From the IMG/VR virus record IMGVR_UViG_3300022309_000002, positions 1-43,909 of that record: 43,909 nucleotides of DNA; one strand, written 5' to 3'. The notes below the pieces were generated by a model. The model saw only the letters and a list, made by a program, of their open reading frames with translations, was not told where the DNA came from and made no database searches. Positions within the stretch are counted from its first letter, which is position 1. Each line of letters begins with the position of its first letter. The DNA comes from a virus. Lineage: Duplodnaviria > Caudoviricetes. Positions 34,684 through 42,743 of the stretch are shown piece by piece. A program made the position numbers and the translations under genes.

Positions 34684-34826
34684 CGAGCACGAACATGATG
34701 TTCGGATTGATTGGCTTCTATCTTCTGACCTCGATTGTGAGTGGTGTGGAGGGGAACTGGCCGAGGGTGCTGTACTGGATGAGCGCGGCAGGGATCACAA
34801 CAGCGGTGATATGGGGGACGAAATGA
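34680..34826 (+). CDS. Small membrane protein (48 aa)
   Basis: MTSTNMMFGLIGFYLL...GNWPRVLYWMSAAGIT. Confidence 0.55.
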   Translation: MTSTNMMFGLIGFYLLTSIVSGVEGNWPRVLYWMSAAGITTAVIWGTK

Positions 34827-34832
34827 AGCTGA

Positions 34833-34882
34833 ATGCAGGTTGGTTCGTGAAAGGTAAAGCACAGTATAGAACCAACCTGCAT
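34833..34882. repeat. 14-bp perfect inverted repeat
   Basis: atgcaggttggttc (34833-46) and gaaccaacctgcat (34869-82). Confidence 0.85.
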
Positions 34883-34927
34883 AACCTAAAGATAGGACAG
34901 ATTCAACATCGATAATGGAGTGACACT

Positions 34928-35674
34928 ATGCCGGGACTATCATCGACAGATATCAGCGCGTCAAATGAAGCGAAACAAGAATGGCCGCCGAAAGGTATCA
35001 AGTGGTACTACGCCGACGAGAGCTGTGCGATAGCACATGGGGATTGCAGAGACATCATCCCGCACCTGCCCAAGGTGGATCTGGTCTTGACCGATCCGCC
35101 GTATGGCTGTGCTGCCACAACTGGGTGGGGAGGTACTTACGCCAAGTTTGAGATCGCAGGGGATAAGGATACGACGTTGCGGGATTGGGTGGTCCAAATC
35201 TTTCCATGCCCTTGGGTTATCTTTGGTTCTCCTAGAATTGCCCGTCCATCATGTAGGGCGGTTCTGATATGGAACAAGGGCGAGCATACAGGCATGGGGG
35301 ATTTATCACTTCCGTGGAAGCCTGACTTTGAGGAGATCTATATCAACGGAATCGGATTTAGTGGCCCACGGACCTCATCTGTCCTGTCTTTCAATGCGAG
35401 AATAGATAGCGGTCGCTACCATCCCACGGAAAAGCCCGTTGAGCTTATCGCTGCCTTGATGATGAAGGGACCACCAGGACTCATCCTCGACCCCTTCATG
35501 GGCAGCGGCACTACGCTCCGCGCCGCGAAGGATCTCGGTCGTAAGTGCATCGGCATTGAGATTGAGGAGAAGTATTGCGAAATCGCGGTGAAGCGTCTCG
35601 GCCAACAGGTTTTAGCCTTGACAGATGCGCCGTGCTGTGGTGGAGTAGAGAAAATACAAGTCGATGCTCTGTAG
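34928..35674 (+). CDS. N6-adenine/N4-cytosine DNA methyltransferase (beta class)
   Basis: TDPPY, HPTEKP, LDPFMGSGTT, GIEIEEKY. Confidence 0.92.
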   Translation: MPGLSSTDISASNEAKQEWPPKGIKWYYADESCAIAHGDCRDIIPHLPKVDLVLTDPPYGCAATTGWGGTYAKFEIAGDKDTTLRDWVVQIFPCPWVIFGSPRIARPSCRAVLIWNKGEHTGMGDLSLPWKPDFEEIYINGIGFSGPRTSSVLSFNARIDSGRYHPTEKPVELIAALMMKGPPGLILDPFMGSGTTLRAAKDLGRKCIGIEIEEKYCEIAVKRLGQQVLALTDAPCCGGVEKIQVDAL

Positions 35675-35769
35675 CAGAGAGCAAAGACGTTCCTGGTCTG
35701 GCGTAAGCTAGATCGCAACGAAGAATCCCCGGATGGCGACTGCTACTCGCTGTTCGGGGATTTCTTTTT
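35666..35769 (+). ncRNA. Candidate structured cis-regulatory RNA ending in an intrinsic terminator
   Basis: Three hairpins, two with complementary 7-nt loops, a GUAA tetraloop and a U-tract. Confidence 0.55.
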
Positions 35770-35783
35770 GGAGGGGAGGCACG

Positions 35784-36065
35784 ATGATTTACGTAAGTTT
35801 TTTCCAACCGTTTGAAAGTCGCATCGGGCAAGATACCGTCATTCGACTCCAATTCAACTACGATCCTAACTTAGTGGAATCACTCAAGAAGATCTTACGC
35901 CATTACAAGGATGAGGCGCTTGACCCAGCACGGCACATCTTTAGACCTGGTGGATGGAATCCTAAGGAAAAATGTTGGTACGTCGAACGCAACATCTGGG
36001 AGTTGGTCAAGCACGAGTTAGAAGAGATGGGCTACGAGTTCGAGACTGTCGAGGATCAGCCGTGA
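35784..36065 (+). CDS. Hypothetical protein, HARP-like domain
   Basis: FNYDPNLVESLK...WNPKEKCWYV; SD ggagg. Confidence 0.65.
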   Translation: MIYVSFFQPFESRIGQDTVIRLQFNYDPNLVESLKKILRHYKDEALDPARHIFRPGGWNPKEKCWYVERNIWELVKHELEEMGYEFETVEDQP

Positions 36066-38068
36066 GCGCGTCACTCGCACCGGATCACCTAACCGATTTA
36101 CGGAAGTCCGGCTTGACCGATGAGACGATTGCCCGATGCCAATTTGAGAGTGTCCGTCCACACGATATCAAGGTGAAAGGGGCGGAAAGCGCCTATCGAC
36201 TCCCCTATTTTGACATCGCTGGAAAGAAAAACTGCCTGGAGCGCATGAAGTTATTTCCTCCGGTCAAACGAAAAGACAGCACGCAGAAATACCATCAAGC
36301 CGCAGACACGTCACCAGCGCTCTACCTTCCACCGTTGCTCGATTGGAGATCGATTGCCAGCACGAATAGCCCATTATTCATCACGGAAGGGGAGAAGAAG
36401 GCGGCGGCTTTAACACAACACAGAATCCCATGTATCGGAGTGGCTGGGGTATGGAACTGGCGGCAGGAACTAGAGAGTGGCGCGAAGCTGGTCCTTCCAG
36501 CCTTTGACCAGTTCATCTGGCCGGCACGACCTGTTGAGCTTATCCCTGACTCAGATGTGTGGAGACCGGACAAGCACCAAGCCCTGTGCGGCTTCTATGC
36601 CCTCGCCCAAGAATTGGTCAGCCGTGGAGCTGTAGTGCGTTTTGTCGTGTTACCAGAAAGTAGCACTGGGAAAGTGGGGGTCGATGACTGGATGGTTGGA
36701 GCGCAAGGGGGATGGCGCGACCAATGGGATCTGGTCATGCGGATCGCACTCGATGATGACCGGCTGGCAGAGGCGGCGGGATGGTGGCAAGAGTGGAGGG
36801 CGAAAGCGGTGAGCTTGCAAGCCCTCATGAGAGATGAGGAGCGTCTGACCCTCACCCAAGACCATGACGTGTATCGGGTCAAGTCCGATCAGCATGATGT
36901 GTTGTTTGAGTTCTCTCGGGTGGCCATCAGCCGAGGCAACCCGACCGCCGAACTGACCGTGGCGCAAGGGCGCAAGGAGTTGTGCTCAAGCCTGGATATT
37001 CTTCTGAAGTCAGAAGATAAGCAAACCAAGATCGCCAAAACCCTGCAAGGGCTCTCGAATATCATCCCGTGGAAGATTTTGATTCCTAAAGCGTGTGCGC
37101 TCGTGCTCAAGGCCACGCGGGACGACGGCATGCCGATGGTGACGCTCTCGAAGGATAGCCAGGTCGAGCCGATTAGCTACGCCGTCTACCCATTGGTGTA
37201 CAAGAACAAGACAACCGTGTTGTATGGCGATGGTGGATTAGGGAAGAGCACGCTGGCCTTGTTTATCGGCATGGCAGTCTCAATAGGCTATCCCGTGTTA
37301 GGCATGCGCTGTCCGAGACAGCGGGTGCTCTATCTCGACTACGAGGACGATGAGAACACGCACGGAAGTCGGCTGAAGGCCATTCAAGAGGGACATCCTG
37401 AACTGATCACGGCTCAAGTGGATTACATGACCTTGATTGAGCCGTTACACTTGCATGTGCATGATATCCTGAAAAAGATTGCTGTGACACAATGCCGGTT
37501 CATCGTCCTGGATTCCTTGCTCTGCGCGACAGGTGGCGATAGTTCAGCCGAGGGGGCAACCAAGCTGAACCTGGCCTTTCGGAAGCTGAATTGCTCAGTC
37601 TTAGCGGTGGGGCATGTGGCAAAAGGGTCCACTGATGCCGCACCAGCCGCCAAAACGGTATACGGGTCTGTGTTTTTCCAGAACCTTGCCCGGTCAACAT
37701 TTGAAGTGGAAACACACCAGGAGATAGGAGAGGGGCAGGCTGAGATCGCCTTAACTCATCGGAAGCATAACCTTAGTCGAGCCCATCCGAGCATCGGCAT
37801 CCGTGTGGTACAGGACGAGCACACGACGTATATCCACTATGATCTCTGCAATTTAGAAGAAATACCAGAACTCTCGCGAGCGCTGCCACTGTGGCAGAGG
37901 ATCAAACAGCTCATGGAGTCAAGCCCCCCACTCTTTGAGGAAGATATTGTCAAAGCCCTAGGCGCCCCAAGGAGCGCGGTCAGCGGGTCTCTCTGCCGGT
38001 ATCGTGGGAAATACTTTGTACAGACCGACGCCGGGAAAGGGTCCGCATGGACAATATACAGGGGGTGA
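36062..38068 (+). CDS. Primase-helicase (DUF3854/Toprim, RecA-like AAA helicase, C-terminal HTH)
   Basis: DLRKSGL, ITEGEKKA, GVAGVWNW, PDSD, KVGVDD; Walker A GDGGLGKS, Walker B IVLDS. Confidence 0.9.
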   Translation: MSASLAPDHLTDLRKSGLTDETIARCQFESVRPHDIKVKGAESAYRLPYFDIAGKKNCLERMKLFPPVKRKDSTQKYHQAADTSPALYLPPLLDWRSIASTNSPLFITEGEKKAAALTQHRIPCIGVAGVWNWRQELESGAKLVLPAFDQFIWPARPVELIPDSDVWRPDKHQALCGFYALAQELVSRGAVVRFVVLPESSTGKVGVDDWMVGAQGGWRDQWDLVMRIALDDDRLAEAAGWWQEWRAKAVSLQALMRDEERLTLTQDHDVYRVKSDQHDVLFEFSRVAISRGNPTAELTVAQGRKELCSSLDILLKSEDKQTKIAKTLQGLSNIIPWKILIPKACALVLKATRDDGMPMVTLSKDSQVEPISYAVYPLVYKNKTTVLYGDGGLGKSTLALFIGMAVSIGYPVLGMRCPRQRVLYLDYEDDENTHGSRLKAIQEGHPELITAQVDYMTLIEPLHLHVHDILKKIAVTQCRFIVLDSLLCATGGDSSAEGATKLNLAFRKLNCSVLAVGHVAKGSTDAAPAAKTVYGSVFFQNLARSTFEVETHQEIGEGQAEIALTHRKHNLSRAHPSIGIRVVQDEHTTYIHYDLCNLEEIPELSRALPLWQRIKQLMESSPPLFEEDIVKALGAPRSAVSGSLCRYRGKYFVQTDAGKGSAWTIYRG

Positions 38069-38099
38069 ATCTGCCTGTGTATAAGCTGTGTACAAATGA

Positions 38100-38283
38100 A
38101 TGCTACAAAGGATGCTACAAGCCCCAATGCTACAGCCTCTTGTAGCATGTAGCATTGAGCGGGATATTTTTTTGTAAGCTATTGATTGTATTACGATGCT
38201 ACAAAATCGTCTTGTAGCATTTTCTTGTAGCATTGACGGATGCTACAGCAATAGGGACTCTTTAGAGTCCCTGTTGTAGCATC
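38100..38283. other. Putative replication origin with 10 ATGCTACA octamers in both orientations
   Basis: Forward copies at 38100, 38112, 38127, 38196, 38240; reverse at 38141, 38148, 38213, 38226, 38275; AT-rich core. Confidence 0.85.
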
Positions 38284-38399
38284 GGTGGAATTTTCAAAAA
38301 GAGAGGAGCTGAGAAAATGAGCAAGAAAATGCCACAGCGTAAGATCCTCAGCCTTGGGGGCTGTGAGCTTCCTACCCATCGCTTGCCTTGGGTGCACTC

Positions 38400-38609
38400 A
38401 TGACGACGTTCCAACGCTGTGAGCAGCTCAAAATCGAACGACGGACCGCGACACCAGAACGGCAGGAGCAGATCGATCCCATGATCAAGAGACTCGAACC
38501 GTTCCTGAGCCATGCGGAAGCTGTCTCCATTGTGCAACACTACGAGTCGGGGTTGTGCCGCCGGGGTGGCACCGTGGATGGCACGGCGCTGGTGGAGAGT
38601 GAGCCGTGA
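38400..38609 (+). CDS. Hypothetical protein
   Basis: ATGA-coupled to a 28-aa upstream ORF (38317-38403). Confidence 0.45.
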   Translation: MTTFQRCEQLKIERRTATPERQEQIDPMIKRLEPFLSHAEAVSIVQHYESGLCRRGGTVDGTALVESEP

Positions 38610-38642
38610 TCAAAATAGCTCAGGGCCTACGCGTGAAAATAC

Positions 38643-38671
38643 TTGCAGAACGCGTGTAAACGCGTTATAGG
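38643..38671 (+). promoter_or_regulatory. Candidate sigma70 promoter with palindromic operator
   Basis: TTGCAG-N17-TATAGG; the spacer contains aacgcgt-gtaa-acgcgtt. Confidence 0.5.
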
Positions 38672-38678
38672 AGCAGGT

Positions 38679-39188
38679 ATGGGTATCAATCGACCGCGTG
38701 GATATCTTGGAATTTACGATACGATCATTCTCCAGAAGGGCTGGTGTGAAAATTGTCAATGTTATTCATTTGTTAGGAAGGGGATTCTGCAATGTTGCGA
38801 TGCAAGGACGGACAGCACGCCCACAGCATGGAAACGAGAGAGTCTAGCCACTGGGATCAGGAGGAAACCGAGCCCAGGCTATAAGCGTGAGCAGCTATTG
38901 GCTCAAGACCATCGATGCTTCTATTGCAATATCCTGTTTGGCGGTCATCGTTCATGGAAGGGGAAGATTGTAAAAGTACGCATTGAGTGGGACCATTTAG
39001 TCCCGTTTGCCTATCTTCAGTCTAACCCTGATAGGAATTTTGTGGCGGCGTGCCATATTTGCAACAGGCTTAAAAGCTCAAAAGTCTTTCAAACGGTTGA
39101 GGAGGCGCGTGCATATGTTGAGACAAAAAGACTCACTAAAGATCAGAGTATGCGATTATTGTGCGAAGGCATTCCAGCCAGCTCGTGA
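38679..39188 (+). CDS. HNH endonuclease adjacent to cos/terminase
   Basis: QDHRCFYC...EWDHLVP...NFVAACHICNRLK. Confidence 0.88.
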   Translation: MGINRPRGYLGIYDTIILQKGWCENCQCYSFVRKGILQCCDARTDSTPTAWKRESLATGIRRKPSPGYKREQLLAQDHRCFYCNILFGGHRSWKGKIVKVRIEWDHLVPFAYLQSNPDRNFVAACHICNRLKSSKVFQTVEEARAYVETKRLTKDQSMRLLCEGIPASS

Positions 39189-39282
39189 TCATCAGCGGTT
39201 CTGTTCCTCGTCATGTCGAGCGTTAAAATGGCGAGAAGCCAAAATCGATGGGTCCTCCCTGGCTACAAAGCAATGCGGGTGA
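39115..39282 (+). CDS. Small Zn-finger protein
   Basis: CDYCAKAFQPARDHQRFCSSSCR; SD gaggagg upstream. Confidence 0.6.
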   Translation: MLRQKDSLKIRVCDYCAKAFQPARDHQRFCSSSCRALKWREAKIDGSSLATKQCG

Positions 39283-39293
39283 ACGAGAGCGCA
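39250..39293 (+). other. Putative cos site (cosQ-like GGGTCCT and cosN-like TGCG-N12-CGCA)
   Basis: Matches the lambda cosQ heptamer and cosN symmetry; lies just upstream of terS. Confidence 0.65.
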
Positions 39294-39345
39294 CTTTTGA
39301 ACTAGTCCCAGGGGCTAAAACAAGATTGCTGGGGTGGGGAGGTCG

Positions 39346-39867
39346 ATGAAAAGACGGCAGCGGCCAAGTTTTTTGAATAAGTACGCGGCCCACGCCAGGA
39401 TTTCCCGGCAGGCGGCTGCGGAGCAGTTGCAGAGGGTCGGGGTGGACTACTCCCACGAGTTTGATTTCAAGGACGCTGACAGCCGCCGCGCGGCGTCGAG
39501 ACATGCCTCGCGGCTCGCTTTTGCGGCACCGATCGGCACTGATCCGATCGGAGAGGAGGGGCTTGGCGACGAGGCGAAAAACGATCAAACAATACTGGCA
39601 TATCAGCGGGAGCGAGAAAAATGGAAGGCCAAGCTCACGGAGTTGGATTATCAGGAGCGCATCGGCGACGTGGTGGCGGCGGCAGATGTTGATCGCGAGT
39701 GGTTTGAATTAGCGCGGCTGGTGCGGGACAGCATGCTAAACCTCCCCGCACGCCTCGCCGATCAGCTGGCACACGAGACGGATCAGCGCAAAGTGCACGA
39801 TTTACTCGAACAAGAAATCTACCGCGCCCTCGAAGGCATTTTGACCAAAGCAGAATCGATCGCCTAA
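39346..39867 (+). CDS. terS: Terminase small subunit (Nu1-like)
   Basis: N-terminal HTH (YAAHARISRQAA); REKWKAKLTEL...LLNLP-like VRDSMLNLPARLA. Confidence 0.85.
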   Translation: MKRRQRPSFLNKYAAHARISRQAAAEQLQRVGVDYSHEFDFKDADSRRAASRHASRLAFAAPIGTDPIGEEGLGDEAKNDQTILAYQREREKWKAKLTELDYQERIGDVVAAADVDREWFELARLVRDSMLNLPARLADQLAHETDQRKVHDLLEQEIYRALEGILTKAESIA

Positions 39868-39870
39868 CCG

Positions 39871-41850
39871 ATGAGCACTGAGGCTACCTATGCGCCCATG
39901 GCCGCACGTCGCCGCGCATTTTTCAACGGCCTCAAGCCTGATCCGTTGCAGACCATTGCCAAATGGGCCGACGAGCGCCTCCATCTGCCCTCGTTCGCGC
40001 CAGTGCCAGGGCAGTGGCGCACCAGCCGGACTCCGTTTCTCAAGGAGATCATGGAGTGTCTAAGCCCACGCCATCGCTGTCATAAAGTCGTGTTTATGAA
40101 GCCTGTCCAAATTGGCGGCACACAGGTGGCCGTGAACTGGGCCGGCTACACGATGGATTGCTCACCCACAGCCATGCTGTTTTACGAGCCGAGCATCGAC
40201 ATGGCGAAACGGCTCACGAAAGAAAAGCTCGATCCTGTGATTCTGGCAACGCCCACCCTCCGTGGCAAGGTGCGCGAGGCGCGTTCGCGTGACAGCGGCA
40301 ACACGACCTTCCGAAAGGAATTTCTCGGTGGCTTCTTGAATATCTTGTGGGCGAATAGTTCCGCCGGCGCCCGCTCCACCAGTGCGCCGCGCATCGTCGT
40401 CGATGAGGTGGACGAATATGAGCAGGACGTGGGCGACCAGGGCCATCCGTGCGATCTTATCGAAAAACGCGCTGCAGCCTATGCGAGGTATAAAATCTTT
40501 GAACTGTCCACGCCGACGCTGGCAGAGATGAGCCGCATTGAGATGGATTACACGCTCGGCAGCCAGGGCCGCTATCATGTACCCTGTCCGCATTGTGGAC
40601 ATTCCCAGCATTTAGTCTGGGAGCATCTCGTGTACACGTTCGATGGCATCAAGCGGCCAGATGACGCAGCCTATCAGTGCGAGTCCTGTGAACAGCTCAT
40701 CGATGAGAGTTGCAAAACCTGGATGATGGACACGGCCCGCGCTACGTGGGTACATGCGTATCCGGAGCGCCTCGATACCGTCGCCTCCTTTCATTTAAAT
40801 CTGCTCTACCAGCCTGCCGGATGGGCCTATCCCTGGTCGCGCCTCGCCAAGGAGTACATCGAAGCCTACGAGAAGATGAAGACCGGGGACATCCGCTCCA
40901 TGAAAACCTTTCGCAATACAGTCCTGGCGCAAACGTGGAAAGAGAAAATCGACCAGATCGCCCACCACAGCCTGTCACAGCGGCGAGAGATCTATGAGGC
41001 TGAGGTGCCGTCCGGGGTGGTGTTTCTCACGGCGGCGGTTGATGTGCAAGACAATCGGTTGGAGGCGGAAATTGTCGGGTGGGGAGCGGGCGAAGAGTCC
41101 TGGAGTATTGTCTATCGCATTTTTAATGGGTCGCCCTCGCTGCCTGCCGTGTGGATGAGTCTCACGGAGTGGCTACAGGCCACCTATCGGCATGCGTGCG
41201 GACTAGAGATGCGCGTTGACGTGGTGGGGGTCGATACCGGAGGTCATCACACTAAGGAAGCGTACCTCTTCGTCGAGAAATATCACGGGGAGATCTTCGC
41301 GCTGAAGGGGAGCAGCTTGCCGGGCGCGCCACCGATCCCGAAACGGGAACCGAAGAAACACCGGAGCTATCGGCTGCGCTTGTATCTCCTGGGCACCAAC
41401 GCGCTGAAGGATACGATTTTTGCCCGTCTGAAACTGACGGAGGCAGGGCCAGGCTATATGCATTTTCCCCGGCGAGACGGCTACGACCAGGAGTATTTCG
41501 AGGGGCTGACCAGCGAGGTGAAGAAGCCGAAGTACAAACCGCGCAGTCATGTGCAGATTGGCTATGTCTACGAAAAGACGCGCGACCGCAACGAGCCGCT
41601 GGACTTGAAAGTGTACAACCTCGCGGTGTGCATGATGTTCAATCCAGACCTGAAGAAACGGGCAGCGAAGCTCGCCGACCATGTGCGCGAGCCATCTTTG
41701 CATGCGGCAGCAGAATCCGTCACGGAGTCGCGGGCCTTGGCTGTCTTGGAGCAGTCGAGGCCGATCGAGCCGCAAGACACGACAGCATTCGTCACCAAAT
41801 ATCAACCGAATCCACGCCGCCGCGGCGGCTTTGTGAAAGGCTGGAGGTAG
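39871..41850 (+). CDS. terL: Terminase large subunit (lambda GpA family)
   Basis: KPVQIGGT, VVDEVDEY, STPT, CPHCG, VDVQDNRLE, DTGG, RNEPLD. Confidence 0.95.
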   Translation: MSTEATYAPMAARRRAFFNGLKPDPLQTIAKWADERLHLPSFAPVPGQWRTSRTPFLKEIMECLSPRHRCHKVVFMKPVQIGGTQVAVNWAGYTMDCSPTAMLFYEPSIDMAKRLTKEKLDPVILATPTLRGKVREARSRDSGNTTFRKEFLGGFLNILWANSSAGARSTSAPRIVVDEVDEYEQDVGDQGHPCDLIEKRAAAYARYKIFELSTPTLAEMSRIEMDYTLGSQGRYHVPCPHCGHSQHLVWEHLVYTFDGIKRPDDAAYQCESCEQLIDESCKTWMMDTARATWVHAYPERLDTVASFHLNLLYQPAGWAYPWSRLAKEYIEAYEKMKTGDIRSMKTFRNTVLAQTWKEKIDQIAHHSLSQRREIYEAEVPSGVVFLTAAVDVQDNRLEAEIVGWGAGEESWSIVYRIFNGSPSLPAVWMSLTEWLQATYRHACGLEMRVDVVGVDTGGHHTKEAYLFVEKYHGEIFALKGSSLPGAPPIPKREPKKHRSYRLRLYLLGTNALKDTIFARLKLTEAGPGYMHFPRRDGYDQEYFEGLTSEVKKPKYKPRSHVQIGYVYEKTRDRNEPLDLKVYNLAVCMMFNPDLKKRAAKLADHVREPSLHAAAESVTESRALAVLEQSRPIEPQDTTAFVTKYQPNPRRRGGFVKGWR

Positions 41851-41851
41851 C

Positions 41852-42097
41852 GTGCAGCCTTTCTACACCGTCAAGCAGGTGGCGGAGATGTTCAGCAAAA
41901 CAGAGGACACGATTCGAGAGTGGTTGAAAGACGGGGATGTGTTTCAGGGAGCGTTTAAGGTCAAAGACGGGTGGTATGTTCCGGCCAGCGATATCAAAAA
42001 ACTGGTCAAGAAAAACGGCACCGCATCCGAGCATGCGGAATCTCGGCAAACCCGCAGCCCTCGCCAATCATCAGGCTTTGTGAACAGGTGGAAATAG
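41852..42097 (+). CDS. Xis/MerR-like helix-turn-helix protein
   Basis: YTVKQVAEMFSKTEDTIREWLKDG...AFKV..GWYVPASDI; the SD lies in the terL 3' end. Confidence 0.85.
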   Translation: MQPFYTVKQVAEMFSKTEDTIREWLKDGDVFQGAFKVKDGWYVPASDIKKLVKKNGTASEHAESRQTRSPRQSSGFVNRWK

Positions 42098-42104
42098 GCT
42101 GAAA

Positions 42105-42172
42105 GTCATGCCGGTTTATGCCTGTTCGTGCCTGGTCATGCCATAGACCATCTACCGAGCCTCCTGTAGAAC
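42105..42172 (+). promoter_or_regulatory. Four 10-bp direct repeats abutting a candidate late promoter
   Basis: gtcatgccgg/tttatgcctg/ttcgtgcctg/gtcatgccat, then TAGACC-N17-TAGAAC. Confidence 0.65.
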
Positions 42173-42182
42173 AGTGGTCAGT

Positions 42183-42743
42183 ATGGCCACGGTCCCTACG
42201 ATAGAGCCGGATGTCGTTCGCGCTGGGGATTTTCTCACCTGGCTGAAATCGCTACCGGACTACCCGGCCAATGCCGGATGGTCTCTCACGTATACCCTCA
42301 TCAACGCGACGGCGAAAATCACGATCACGGCATCTGCTAGCGGCGCCGATCATCTTGTCTCTGTCCCCGCTGCGACCTCAACAAACTATGAGGCTGGCCT
42401 GTACAGCTGGATGTCTCGGGTCACGAAGGCGACGGAAATCTACACTATCGATCAAGGCTCCATCGAAATTCTGCCCAATCTTGCCGCATTGACCACGTTC
42501 GATGGCCGCAGTCACGCCAGGATCATGGCCCAGGCGATTGAGGCGGCTATTCAAGGCCGCGCCTCCTCCACGCAGTTGGAATATGAAATCAACGGTCGCC
42601 GGGTCAGGAACATGGCCCCAAGCGACCTCATCTCATGGCTGAGTTTCTACCGGGCCGAACTGGCCAAAGAGGCGCAAGTCGAGTCCATCCGCCGCACAGG
42701 CGTGAATCCGCGTAACATCGGCGTGAGGTTCCACCGTGTTTGA
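42183..42743 (+). CDS. Head-tail adaptor (gpW-like C-terminal domain with extra N-terminal beta domain)
   Basis: Position before the portal; AIEAAIQGR...EYEINGRRV...DLISWLSFY. Confidence 0.75.
   Translation: MATVPTIEPDVVRAGDFLTWLKSLPDYPANAGWSLTYTLINATAKITITASASGADHLVSVPAATSTNYEAGLYSWMSRVTKATEIYTIDQGSIEILPNLAALTTFDGRSHARIMAQAIEAAIQGRASSTQLEYEINGRRVRNMAPSDLISWLSFYRAELAKEAQVESIRRTGVNPRNIGVRFHRV

Noticed and set aside
38317-38403. Remnant of a second PP-loop gene (RKILSLGG)
   Set aside because: The match is too short to support.
557-41850. Genome-wide stop-codon recoding
   Set aside because: Core genes are intact in the standard code and end at TAA, TAG and TGA alike.
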